NCBI GenBank assembly: GCA_046160485.1
Contig: JBJXGV010000063.1
Span: forward strand, 19,326-83,325
DNA: 64,000 bases
Direction of reading: 5' to 3'
From: a bacterium
GTDB lineage: Bacteria; Orphanbacterota; Orphanbacteria; JBJXGV01
Under the pieces are notes generated by a model. It saw nothing but the letters and a program-made list of their open reading frames with translations. It was not told where the DNA came from and did no database searches. The translations under genes and the position numbers were made by a program. This document shows positions 19,974 to 29,129 of the stretch, in pieces; position 1 is the stretch's first letter; each line of letters opens with the position of its first letter.

Positions 19974-21022
19974 GCACCGCAACAAGCGAAGACCTGCTCA
20001 AGGAATTGAGCCGGATTACGGACACCTATCACAACGAGAACATCGTCGCGCTCGGGATCGTCAAAGAGGCGCGGGTCGAGGGCGCGCGCGCGCGCGTCCA
20101 CATCGAGCTGCCGACGCCGGCGTATCCGCTGCGCGAACGCTTCGAGGCCGAAGCACGAGCCCGCGCGGGCGCTCTCGCCGGCGTTGCGTCGGTCGACATC
20201 GAGTTCACGGCATCGGTCGCCACGCCGCCCGTCCTCCTCGGCAACGCGATGCCCGGCGTGAAGCACCCGATCGCCGTCGCCAGCGGCAAGGGAGGCGTCG
20301 GCAAGTCGACGGTCGCGGTCAATCTCGCCGTGGCTCTCGCCCAGTACGGCGCCGCCGTCGGCCTTCTCGACGCGGACATCTACGGTCCGTCGATTCCGAT
20401 CATGCTCGGCGAACGCCGGCAGCCGAAGCCCTCGCCCTCCGGAAAGATTCTCCCGCTCGAGCGCTACGGCGTTCGGATGATGTCGATCGGTTTCATCGCG
20501 ACCGGCGACACGCCGGTTATTTGGCGCGGCCCGCTCGTCTCGCGGATGCTGCAGCAGTTCCTCATGCAAGTGGAGTGGGGCGAACTCGATTACCTCATCA
20601 TCGATATGCCGCCGGGCACCGGTGACGCGCAACTCACCCTCTCGCAGCAGTGCCCGCTCTCGGGCGCTGTGGTCGTCACGACGCCGCAGGAAGTCGCGCT
20701 CGAAGATGTCTACCGAGCCGTGCAGATGTTCGGCCAGGTACGCGTACCGATTCTCGGAATCGTCGAGAACATGAGCGGGTTCGCATGCCCGCACTGCGGC
20801 GAGGTGACCTCCGTGTTCCGTTCAGGCGGCGGCGCCGCGGCCGCGGAGAAGTCGGGCGTCCCGCTCCTCGGGCGCATCCCGCTCGATCCGGCAATCTGCG
20901 ACGGCGGCGATGCCGGCGCGCCGATCGTGGCCGCACACCCCGAGAGTCCGCAATCCGCCGGCTTCCGCAAGATCGCCGGCGAAGTCGCCGCGCAGCTCGC
21001 CGTTATGTCGCGCGCCGGTTAA
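19970..21022 (+). CDS. apbC: Fe-S cluster carrier ATPase Mrp/ApbC
   Basis: ATGA overlap with the MerR stop. N-terminal DUF59/MIP18-like domain, Walker A GKGGVGKST, CPHCGE CxxC. Confidence 0.9.
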   Translation: MSTATSEDLLKELSRITDTYHNENIVALGIVKEARVEGARARVHIELPTPAYPLRERFEAEARARAGALAGVASVDIEFTASVATPPVLLGNAMPGVKHPIAVASGKGGVGKSTVAVNLAVALAQYGAAVGLLDADIYGPSIPIMLGERRQPKPSPSGKILPLERYGVRMMSIGFIATGDTPVIWRGPLVSRMLQQFLMQVEWGELDYLIIDMPPGTGDAQLTLSQQCPLSGAVVVTTPQEVALEDVYRAVQMFGQVRVPILGIVENMSGFACPHCGEVTSVFRSGGGAAAAEKSGVPLLGRIPLDPAICDGGDAGAPIVAAHPESPQSAGFRKIAGEVAAQLAVMSRAG

Positions 21023-21036
21023 AAAGGAGATTCGAA

Positions 21037-21897
21037 TTGGTTGCTAGCGCGTTTGCGATCGGCCTGAAACAAGATCACTCGCTCGGCGTCTACCTGCGCG
21101 AGATCGGCGAGTATCCGCTCCTGACTCCCGAAGAAGAACGCACGCTCGGGCGCAGGGTACGGACGAAGCAGGACAAGGCGGCGCTCGACCATCTCGTCAC
21201 TGCGAATCTGCGCTTCGTCGTTCACATCGCGAAGAAGTACGCCAATCGCGGCCTCTCGCTCGCGGATGTCATTCACGAGGGGAATCTCGGGCTGATCCGC
21301 GCGGCGGAGGGTTTCGATGAGCGCCGCGGCGTGCGATTCATCTCGTACGCACAGTGGTGGATTCGCCAATGCATCCTGCTCGCGATCGCTAAGCAGTCGC
21401 GCATGATCCGGCTCCCGATGAACAAGCAGGGGACGCTGCACAAGGTCTACAAGGTCGGCGATCAGATGCGCAACACGCTAGGCCGCGAACCGAGCCACGC
21501 GGAGGTCGCGGAGGCGATGAACATTCCGGAGAACGAGCTGTTGGAGACGATGAACCTCTCGACGTTCCATCTTTCGCTCGACGCGGGCGAGTCGTCCGAC
21601 GGCGAGCAGTCGCTCGCGAACGTCATCGCGGACGAGAGCGTCCCGCTTCCCGATGACCGCCTCATCGACGAGAGCATGCGATGGGATGTTCAGCGCGCGA
21701 TCGAGCTTTTGACCCCGCGCGAGTCGGAGATCCTTCGGCTCTATTACGGCGTCGGGTGCGATCGCCCCCACACGCTCGAGGAGATCGGAGCGGTGCACCG
21801 CCTCTCGAAAGAGCGAGTGCGGCAGCTCAAGGAGCGCGCGCTCCAGCGTCTTGCCCGCGGCGCGGACGCGAAGAAACTCCAGTCCTACCTGAACTGA
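21037..21897 (+). CDS. RNA polymerase sigma-70 family factor (regions 1.2-4; short RpoD/RpoS-like)
   Basis: TTG start 14 nt after apbC stop, preceded by AAAGGAGA. Conserved regions 2 (TANLRFVVHIAKKY, region 2.2-like), 3 and 4 (LTPRESEILRLYYG). Confidence 0.8.
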   Translation: MVASAFAIGLKQDHSLGVYLREIGEYPLLTPEEERTLGRRVRTKQDKAALDHLVTANLRFVVHIAKKYANRGLSLADVIHEGNLGLIRAAEGFDERRGVRFISYAQWWIRQCILLAIAKQSRMIRLPMNKQGTLHKVYKVGDQMRNTLGREPSHAEVAEAMNIPENELLETMNLSTFHLSLDAGESSDGEQSLANVIADESVPLPDDRLIDESMRWDVQRAIELLTPRESEILRLYYGVGCDRPHTLEEIGAVHRLSKERVRQLKERALQRLARGADAKKLQSYLN

Positions 21898-22012
21898 CAA
21901 AAAAACACTAATTCTCGCCGTCTAATCGCGTGTGCTAGACTCGACGCGATTTCGAACTGTTTCTGCAACGCAACTCGTCTTCGAAAACCGAACCGGCTGT
22001 GCAGGCGGCCGC

Positions 22013-23932
22013 ATGAGGTCCCCGATGCGAACGAGCGCGACTGCAACTCAGTGCTTTTGCGCCCCGACGCGACGCCGCGCTCTTTGGCGCACTGCGTTCT
22101 GCGTGGGTAGCGCCTCCCTTTGCGCGCTCGCAACGCCACTGCCCACCCTCGCGCTGAACTTCACCAACGTCACGTCTGCGGCCGGATTCATCTACGCCCA
22201 CGGCTACAGCGGCCCTGTCGGGGAGGCGCGCCTCTCGGCCGGCGGCGTCGCGGTCGGCGACTACGATCGGGACGGTTGGGAAGACGTTTACGTCGTGCGC
22301 GGCAATATCGGGCCCAACCTGCTCTTTCGCAATCTCGGCAACGGCACGTTCCAGGAGGTCGGCGCGTCCGCCGGCGTCAACATCAGCGGCGCGTACGGGT
22401 CTGGCCCCACGTTCGGCGACTACGACGGCGACGGCTGGCTCGACTTGATCATTGGCGGGGCGGATCCGACGCAGCCGCGTCTCTTCCGCAACTTGGGCAC
22501 CGGCGCGTTCGCTGATGTCACCCCGACCTGCGGCATCAGCACACTGATGAACACCTTCTCGTGCACCTACGGCGACTACGACATCGACGGCGACCTCGAT
22601 CTCTTCCTGACGCACTGGGGACCGATCGGAAGCCCCGACCATCTTTGGCGCAACAACGGCAACGGATCCTTCACGTCGGTCGACTGGGACGCTGGCCTTT
22701 CGATCCTCGGAGACGAAGGCGCCGACTACTCGTACACGGGAAACTTCGCGGACATCAACGACGATGGTTTTCCGGATTTGCTCGTCGCGGCGGACTTCGA
22801 GCGCTCGAAGGTATTCATCAACGACGGCGACGGGACGTTCACGAACGTGACCACCGGCGTGATCTCCGACGAAAACGGAATGGGCGGCGCGGTCGGCGAC
22901 TACGATAACGACGGCGACCTCGATTGGTTCGTATCGAGCATTTGGGATCCGAACGGCGTGCCGGAGGGGAGCTGGGGCATCACCGGCAACCGGCTCTACC
23001 GTAACGCGGGCGGCGGCGTTTTCCAGGATGTCACCACGGCGACGGGCGTGCGCCAGGGATACTGGGGCTGGGGCTCGAGTTTCGCCGACTTCAACAACGA
23101 CGGGCACCTCGATCTCGTTCACGTGAACGGATGGAACGCGCTCGAATTCGAGCGCGACTCGACGCGGGTTTTTATCTCCGGCGGTGACGCGACGTTCACC
23201 GAGCAGTCGTACGTGCTTGGCGTGCGCGACGTCGGGCAGGGGCGCGGCGTGGCGTGTTTCGATTACGACCGCGACGGCGATCTCGACATTTTCATCGCGA
23301 ACAACGGTTCGGCGCCGTTGTTCTATCGAAACGACGGCGGCAACGCGCTCAAGTATCTGAGCGTCCGCCTCGCGGGGCCGTCGCCGAATACCGAGGGAAT
23401 CGGCGCGAGGGTTTTCGTGACGGCGGGCGGCGTCACGCAGATGCGCGAGATTCGCTGCGGCAGCAACTACGTCTCCCAGGATCCGGCGGTCGCGCACTTC
23501 GGACTCGGTTCCGCGACGCTCGTCAGCGAGCTTCGCGTCGAGTGGCCGGATGGCGTGACGACGGTGCTCAACGGCCTCGCGCCGAATCAACGCCTCGTGC
23601 TCGATCAAAACGTAACCGGCGTTTCTCCGGGCTCCGGTTCCACCCCTTTGGGATCGGCGTTTGAACTCGTCGGAGGTGCGCCCAACCCCTTCGGCGCCTC
23701 GACCACGATCCGGTTCCGGTTGCCGCACCGCGCCGACGTTTCGCTTCGCGTCTATTCGCTCGCCGGCCGGCATGTGGCGACGCTCGTCGACGAGTCGCGC
23801 GAGCCCGGCGAGCACGGCGTCGACTGGGACGGACGCGATGGCGCGGGTCGCCTTGCCGCCGCCGGGCCGTACGTCGTGCGCCTCGAGTCTGCTGCGGGCG
23901 CCGTCTCAACACGCCTCATCCTCGCTCGCTAG
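22013..23932 (+). CDS. secreted FG-GAP/VCBS-type repeat protein (CRTAC1/ASPIC-UnbV-like) with C-terminal T9SS-CTD / FlgD-Ig-like domain
   Basis: Signal peptide. Repeated GDYDxDGxxD calcium-binding propeller motifs. C-terminal about 85 aa (PNPF...WDGRD...) homologous to the C-terminus of the 61270..63492 protein. Start is uncertain (22013 or 22025). Confidence 0.75.
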   Translation: MRSPMRTSATATQCFCAPTRRRALWRTAFCVGSASLCALATPLPTLALNFTNVTSAAGFIYAHGYSGPVGEARLSAGGVAVGDYDRDGWEDVYVVRGNIGPNLLFRNLGNGTFQEVGASAGVNISGAYGSGPTFGDYDGDGWLDLIIGGADPTQPRLFRNLGTGAFADVTPTCGISTLMNTFSCTYGDYDIDGDLDLFLTHWGPIGSPDHLWRNNGNGSFTSVDWDAGLSILGDEGADYSYTGNFADINDDGFPDLLVAADFERSKVFINDGDGTFTNVTTGVISDENGMGGAVGDYDNDGDLDWFVSSIWDPNGVPEGSWGITGNRLYRNAGGGVFQDVTTATGVRQGYWGWGSSFADFNNDGHLDLVHVNGWNALEFERDSTRVFISGGDATFTEQSYVLGVRDVGQGRGVACFDYDRDGDLDIFIANNGSAPLFYRNDGGNALKYLSVRLAGPSPNTEGIGARVFVTAGGVTQMREIRCGSNYVSQDPAVAHFGLGSATLVSELRVEWPDGVTTVLNGLAPNQRLVLDQNVTGVSPGSGSTPLGSAFELVGGAPNPFGASTTIRFRLPHRADVSLRVYSLAGRHVATLVDESREPGEHGVDWDGRDGAGRLAAAGPYVVRLESAAGAVSTRLILAR

Positions 23933-23949
23933 CCGCGCGGGGCACACTC

Positions 23950-24735
23950 TTGTCCGCGCGGCGCCGAGTCGAAGTTTCCGCAGGCGTCATCGAACGCGGC
24001 GGACGGATTCTCATCGCGCAGCGGCGTCCCGGCGATCACCTCGCACTCAACTGGGAATTCCCAGGGGGCAAGCGAAAGCATGGCGAGAGTTGGGAGGACT
24101 GCCTTCGCCGCGAGCTCCTCGAGGAGATCGGCGTCGAGGTGGCGGTGGGGGCATGGCTCGACGCGGTGACGCACGCGTACGACGACCGCGATGTCCATCT
24201 GCGTTTCTTTCGATGCCGAATCACGCGCGGAACGCCGGCGTCTCTCGACTGCCACGACGTTCGCTGGGTCGCGCCGTGTGAGCTTGCGAATTTCGAATTC
24301 CCCGAGGCAGACGCGGCACTCGTGCGCTGGCTTTCGGCGTCACGCACACAGACGAGCGTCCCGGCGAGCTTGACGATCGAGCCGCGGGGCGGCGAATCGG
24401 CGGCGGTGGCGGAAGCGGTCGACGTGCGATGGGGAACGCAGCTCGACGAAGCCATGGCGCGTTGCGGTGTCCGGTCGCGAATGGGTTGCGGGGCCGGGCT
24501 GTGCGGCGCATGCGCGGTCGATGTCGTCGCGGGCGCCGCCAATCTCACGCCGCCGACCGCGGAGGAGCGCGCGTGGTTCGCGCCCGACGCGGCGAGCACG
24601 ACCCGGCCGAGCGATCCGCGCGATCCGCGAACAGCGTCCGAGGTCGCGCGTGTCGGCCGGCGCCTTGCGTGTCAGGCGCGCATCACAGGGAACATCGTCC
24701 TTGCGCTTAAGGAGCGCTCGCTTCTTCACTTCTAG
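23950..24735 (+). CDS. Nudix hydrolase (MutT-like) fused to C-terminal [2Fe-2S] ferredoxin-like domain
   Basis: Nudix box GGKRKHGESWEDCLRRELLEEIGV. C-terminal CGAGLCGACAV...LACQARI plant-type ferredoxin Cys pattern. TTG start at 23950 is the ORF-track start; start is uncertain. Confidence 0.7.
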   Translation: MSARRRVEVSAGVIERGGRILIAQRRPGDHLALNWEFPGGKRKHGESWEDCLRRELLEEIGVEVAVGAWLDAVTHAYDDRDVHLRFFRCRITRGTPASLDCHDVRWVAPCELANFEFPEADAALVRWLSASRTQTSVPASLTIEPRGGESAAVAEAVDVRWGTQLDEAMARCGVRSRMGCGAGLCGACAVDVVAGAANLTPPTAEERAWFAPDAASTTRPSDPRDPRTASEVARVGRRLACQARITGNIVLALKERSLLHF

Positions 24736-24792
24736 CGCCGAGCGCGGCGTCGTGGGGCCGCGTCACGCGTCACGCGTCGCGCGCACCCGCTC

Positions 24793-25530
24793 TTACGCGA
24801 TCGAACGGCCGCCGTCGACGAACACGGTCTGCCCCGTCATGTACGGGGCCCGCGTTGCGAGAAAGACGACCGCGGAGGTGATTTCCTCGGGCGTTGCATG
24901 CCGTCCGAGCGGAACGCGGCCGAGAGGCGGCAGCGGCGCCTCATCGCGCGGACCGTTCGGATCGTCGTCCGCGAACGCGATCCCAGCGGGCGCGAGCGAG
25001 TTGACGCGCACCGCGGGCGCGTAGCGGCGCGCGAGCGCGCGCGTCGCATGCGCGAGCGCGGACTTCGACAGGCTGTAGGCGATGTGGCGGCGATACGGAA
25101 TGCGGCCGCCGACCGAGCCAATGTTGACGACGGCGCCGTGACGCGCCGCGAGTGCCGGCGCAAGCGCCCGCGTGAGCAGGATCGGCGCCAAGAGATTCAG
25201 CCGCGCAACTTGGTCCCAGGATTCCGGACTGAGTTCATCGATCGACTCGGTAGGGAAAAGGGCCGCGTTGTTGATGAGGATGTCGGCGCCGCCGAAGAGG
25301 GCGAGCGCGGCGGCGGCGGCGGCGCGGCAGTCACGGGCGGCGCGCAGGTCGGCGCGCATCGCGTGGGCGCGGCGGCCGAGCTCGCGCGCTTCCGTCACGG
25401 TTGCGTGCGCGCCCGCCTCCGAGGCGCGAAACGTCACGAAGAGGTCGCAGCCCTCGCGTGCGAGCGCGAGCGCGATCTGTTTGCCGAGGCGGCGCCCGCC
25501 GCCGGTCACGATCGCGACCTTTGCGCTCAC
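24793..25530 (-). CDS. SDR family oxidoreductase
   Basis: TGGGRRLG, NNAA, YSLSK catalytic motif. Confidence 0.8.
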   Translation of the reverse strand: MSAKVAIVTGGGRRLGKQIALALAREGCDLFVTFRASEAGAHATVTEARELGRRAHAMRADLRAARDCRAAAAAALALFGGADILINNAALFPTESIDELSPESWDQVARLNLLAPILLTRALAPALAARHGAVVNIGSVGGRIPYRRHIAYSLSKSALAHATRALARRYAPAVRVNSLAPAGIAFADDDPNGPRDEAPLPPLGRVPLGRHATPEEITSAVVFLATRAPYMTGQTVFVDGGRSIA

Positions 25531-25751
25531 GCTTCACTCTCCCTGTCTCGTGGCCGTGGCGATCGCGTGCGCAGCAGGACGCCCGGGTCGCGCCTGGTTT
25601 GTTCGGTGCGCTGACGTGCGGGATTTGAGAAGATCGGCGCGCTCGCTCGCCGCCGCGGCCGCGTGTTTGACGCAGCGAACCGAGCCGGACCGCGAGCAGT
25701 ATAGAGTCGACGATTCATCCTCACAAGACGACCACGCCGGGAGGATTTCAC

Positions 25752-26954
25752 GTGTCCGTTTCGCAGGCGCAGCTTCTCATCTCCGACTCCGGACAGAACG
25801 CGGACATGCTTTACGCCACGCGATTCTGGGCGTACGACCCGTTCGTTCATCTTCGCATTGGGAGGCGGCGCGTGGTCGTGCTCTCCGACCTCGAGATCGA
25901 TCGCGGGCGGCGCGAGTTGCCGGGATTCGAGATCGTGCCGCTCAGCAGCGTGCTCGCTCAGATCGCTGGCGGCGCGGTCGCGAAACGGAATCCGCCCGCC
26001 GGGACCGCGCGGCGCCCCGCGCGCGCGAAGTCTTCGCGCGCGTCGGCGCCCGCGCCGCTACTCGCCGACGTCGCGCTCGTTCTCCTGCGCGGCGCACGCG
26101 TCAAACGCGTCGTCGTTCCCGGCTCGTTCCCGCTCGAATACGCCGACCATCTGCGTGCGCGCGGAGTCCACGTGAGCACCGGCGGCTCCCCGTTCTTCCA
26201 GAGCCGCGTCGTCAAGAGCGCGCCTGAAATCGCGATGATCCGCGAGGCCCAAGAGGCGACCGAGCTCGCGATGGACGCGGCGATCGCCCTTATCCGCCAC
26301 GCCGAAATTCGCGGCGATGCGCTCTTTCACGATGGTGCGCCGCTCACCTCGGAGAGGGTGCGCGAAGCGATCGGGATCGATCTTCTGCGCCGCGGGTTCG
26401 CGGCGGGCAACCCGATCGTCGCGGGCGGCGCGCAGGCGTGCGATCCGCACGAAGCCGGACACGGTCCGCTCCCGGCGAACTCGCCGATCATCCTCGACAT
26501 CTTTCCGCGCTCCGTACGAACGGGATACTTCGGCGACATGACGCGCACCGTCGTGCGCGGACGGGCGTCGGAGAAGGCGCGGCGCATGTTCGACGCGGTG
26601 CTCGAAGGCCAGAACATCGCGCTCGGGATGATTCGCGCCGGCGCGGCCGCGTACAAGATCCACGCGGCGATCACCGCGCGCTTCGACGAACTCGGTTTTC
26701 CGACGGGCCAGATGGACGGCCGGATGCAGGGCTTCTTCCACGGGACCGGACACGGGCTCGGCCTCGAGATTCACGAGCCTCCGCGCATCGGGAAGGTCAA
26801 GACAACGCTTCGCGCGGGAATGGTCGTCACCGTCGAACCGGGGCTCTACTACTCCGACGCGGGCGGCATCCGGCTCGAAGACATCGTCGTCGTGACGAAG
26901 GGCGGATGCGAGAACCTCAACCGCTATCCGAAGGAACTCGAGGTCAACGCGTGA
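25752..26954 (+). CDS. M24 family peptidase (Xaa-Pro aminopeptidase/creatinase-like)
   Basis: GTG start with GGGAGGA RBS. HGTGHGLGLEIHE metal site, pita-bread C-terminal domain. Confidence 0.8.
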   Translation: MSVSQAQLLISDSGQNADMLYATRFWAYDPFVHLRIGRRRVVVLSDLEIDRGRRELPGFEIVPLSSVLAQIAGGAVAKRNPPAGTARRPARAKSSRASAPAPLLADVALVLLRGARVKRVVVPGSFPLEYADHLRARGVHVSTGGSPFFQSRVVKSAPEIAMIREAQEATELAMDAAIALIRHAEIRGDALFHDGAPLTSERVREAIGIDLLRRGFAAGNPIVAGGAQACDPHEAGHGPLPANSPIILDIFPRSVRTGYFGDMTRTVVRGRASEKARRMFDAVLEGQNIALGMIRAGAAAYKIHAAITARFDELGFPTGQMDGRMQGFFHGTGHGLGLEIHEPPRIGKVKTTLRAGMVVTVEPGLYYSDAGGIRLEDIVVVTKGGCENLNRYPKELEVNA

Positions 26955-27036
26955 CGCCGCGACGGTAGAAAACGAGCCGGTCGCCTCGCAAGGCTCCCGG
27001 CTCGATCAATCGCGTTCGTGAATCCCGGAGCGCGCG

Positions 27037-27363
27037 CTATGCGCTAAACGAACTCCCGCAGCCGCATTTCCCGCTCGAGTTCGGATTCTCGATCTTGAAT
27101 CCCGCGCCGTGAAGGCCTTCGACGTAGTCGATCTTCGAACCGATCAGGTAGTTGAGGCTCATCGGATCGACGACCAGGCTGAAGCCGAACGTCTCTTGCG
27201 GATAGACCTCGTCATCGTCCTTCAGGTCGTCGAACGCGAAACCGTACTGGAATCCCGCGCACCCGCCGCCTTCGACGTAGATGCGGAGATTCCGCTGATC
27301 GGGCTTCTCTTCGTCGAGGATTTCCTTGATCTTCAGAGCGGCCGTTTCGGTGATCATCACCAT
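27037..27363 (-). CDS. A-type Fe-S cluster insertion/carrier protein (IscA/ErpA/SufA family)
   Basis: 108 aa. GGGCAGFQY and C-terminal GKCGCGSSF. GAAGGTGG RBS. The ORF-track 262-aa form has an Arg-rich spurious extension. Confidence 0.85.
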   Translation of the reverse strand: MVMITETAALKIKEILDEEKPDQRNLRIYVEGGGCAGFQYGFAFDDLKDDDEVYPQETFGFSLVVDPMSLNYLIGSKIDYVEGLHGAGFKIENPNSSGKCGCGSSFSA

Positions 27364-27398
27364 GCTTATCCACCTTCTTTCTTCAAGATGCCCCGCGC

Positions 27399-28361
27399 CT
27401 ACTGCGACGCGTGAATCTGGTAGCTCCAACCGAGGTCGCGCGGGAACTCCTGCGCTCTCGGCACAATGATCGCCTCTTTGATGCAGACTTGCTCGCAAAG
27501 TTTGCAAGAGACGCACTTTTTCTCGTCGACCACCGCGAGCTTCGTCACGAACGAAAGCGGATCGTTCGTGTCGACGAGCGAGATGCAATCGAACGGGCAA
27601 ACATCGACGCAGTACGCGCAGCCCGTACAGAGTTCGTCGATCACGACCGCCTTCGGGATTTCCTTCGCCTTGATGCGCTCGACGAGCACGGAGCGCTGAT
27701 CGACGATGCAGTCGTACGGGCAGTACACACCGCAGACGCTGCAATTGATGCAGAGGTTCGGGTCGATGATGTAGCGCTCTTTCTTTAGCCCCGTGATCGC
27801 TTTCGTCGGGCACTTGATGTCGCACACGCCGCAGCCGACGCAGTTCTCGAGGATGTAATGCGCGTCCCAGAGCGGCGTTTCGTTCAGCACGATTCCCGCC
27901 GGCAGAGCGCGGATGACGAGTACGTCGCCGATGTAGCGGTGGAAGTACTCGCCGATCTCCTCCTCGAACGCGAAGCGCGTCGTAAACGTGCGCGGGAAAC
28001 TGAGCGTCCCGCCGCAGAGCGAGAGAATCTTTTCATCGTCCGGCGCCGTCGCGGAGACCTTGAGCACGCGACCCTCGACGAGTTCGATTTCGTACCTGTA
28101 CGCGGGCATTCTGTCGGGCAGCCCGAGCATGAACTTCTGCGGGCAATTCGGAATTTTCTCGGGGAACCAGAGGCGGATCATGTACTCGTTGCCGCTGCGC
28201 TCGATCGTGTGGACGAGCCCGTAGCGCTTGTTGCGCTCCGTCAACTCCTCGACGTCATCCTTGTGGCGCGCCCACGCCAGCTCCCATCCCGGCGCGCCGT
28301 CGTCGAGTGCGGTCCCAGCGTCGCCGGCTACCGCGGCATTCTTGGTCGCATCGTCGGCCAT
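27399..28361 (-). CDS. ferredoxin-domain protein: unassigned (possibly Hsp20/alpha-crystallin-like) N-terminal domain + four CxxCxxCxxxCP 4Fe-4S motifs
   Basis: CVGCGVCDIKCP, CINCSVCGVYCP, CTGCAYCVDVCP, CVSCKLCEQVC. The N-terminal 160 aa is not matched to a known catalytic family. Confidence 0.75.
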   Translation of the reverse strand: MADDATKNAAVAGDAGTALDDGAPGWELAWARHKDDVEELTERNKRYGLVHTIERSGNEYMIRLWFPEKIPNCPQKFMLGLPDRMPAYRYEIELVEGRVLKVSATAPDDEKILSLCGGTLSFPRTFTTRFAFEEEIGEYFHRYIGDVLVIRALPAGIVLNETPLWDAHYILENCVGCGVCDIKCPTKAITGLKKERYIIDPNLCINCSVCGVYCPYDCIVDQRSVLVERIKAKEIPKAVVIDELCTGCAYCVDVCPFDCISLVDTNDPLSFVTKLAVVDEKKCVSCKLCEQVCIKEAIIVPRAQEFPRDLGWSYQIHASQ

Positions 28362-28501
28362 TCTGCGAAGACTCCCCCCGAGAGCGCTACTGGCGAGTGT
28401 TTAGATCTTGATCGATTGTCGGATGAGAACGCGTATTCCACGAGAGCGCCGTGATGATATCGGATCGGTATGGGGCGGTCAACCGAACGTCGGGACGCCC
28501 C

Positions 28502-28556
28502 CCTCGGCGGCCGAGGTTCCCGGCGGTTGAATCGGGACGCGGCAGGGTGCTAATCT
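28502..28556 (+). promoter_or_regulatory. inverted repeat CCTCGGC-g-GCCGAGG followed by candidate promoter TTGAAT-18-TAATCT
   Basis: Seen directly in the divergent intergenic region upstream of the HD-domain gene. Same -10 hexamer as the MerR-like promoter. Confidence 0.35.
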
Positions 28557-28598
28557 GGCGCCCGTCCCGCGAATATTCCATCCAAAAGGAGCAATCCC

Positions 28599-29129
28599 AT
28601 GCACAGTGAATTGGAAGCCCTCATACCGGAGTTCCGCGCGATCTCGGACGCGTCTCTTCGCACGAAATGCCTCGATGTTTGGGAAGAGGCGCTGAAGCGA
28701 GGCGGTTTCTCGCTGTCCGACCTGAAGCGAATGCCGTTTACGATTCTCGTCGACGGCGTGCAGATTTCGTTCGTGGAACACGTCCGCACGGTCGCGCGCC
28801 TCTGTATCTCGATGGCGGATATCCTCGTCGATGCGTACGGCACGCGCGTGAAGATCTCGAAGGACCACCTCGTGGCGGGCGCGATGCTCGCCGACGTCGG
28901 CAAGGTCATGGAGTACGAGGAGAAGGACGGCAAGTTCGTGAAGAGCCGTCACGGAAAGTATCTTCGCCATCCGTTCACCGGCGTCGGGCTCGCGTTCGCG
29001 AAGGGCGTTCCCGACGAGGTGATGCACGTGATCGCCGTGCACTCGAAGGAGGGCGACCACTTCAAGCGTTCGCCGGAAGCCATCATTTTTCATCACGCCG
29101 ATTTCACGGACTTCGAGCTGGTGCAGTAG
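28599..29129 (+). CDS. HD-domain phosphohydrolase
   Basis: 176 aa. H...HLVAGAMLADVGK...H...HHAD pattern of the HD superfamily. AAAAGGAG RBS. Confidence 0.7.
   Translation: MHSELEALIPEFRAISDASLRTKCLDVWEEALKRGGFSLSDLKRMPFTILVDGVQISFVEHVRTVARLCISMADILVDAYGTRVKISKDHLVAGAMLADVGKVMEYEEKDGKFVKSRHGKYLRHPFTGVGLAFAKGVPDEVMHVIAVHSKEGDHFKRSPEAIIFHHADFTDFELVQ

Noticed and set aside
24736-24792. Repeat gtcacgcgtcacgcgtcgcg between convergent Nudix-ferredoxin and SDR genes as an intrinsic terminator
   Set aside because: Only short ACGCGT palindromes and no stable stem with a U-tract. It is probably just a GC-rich spacer.
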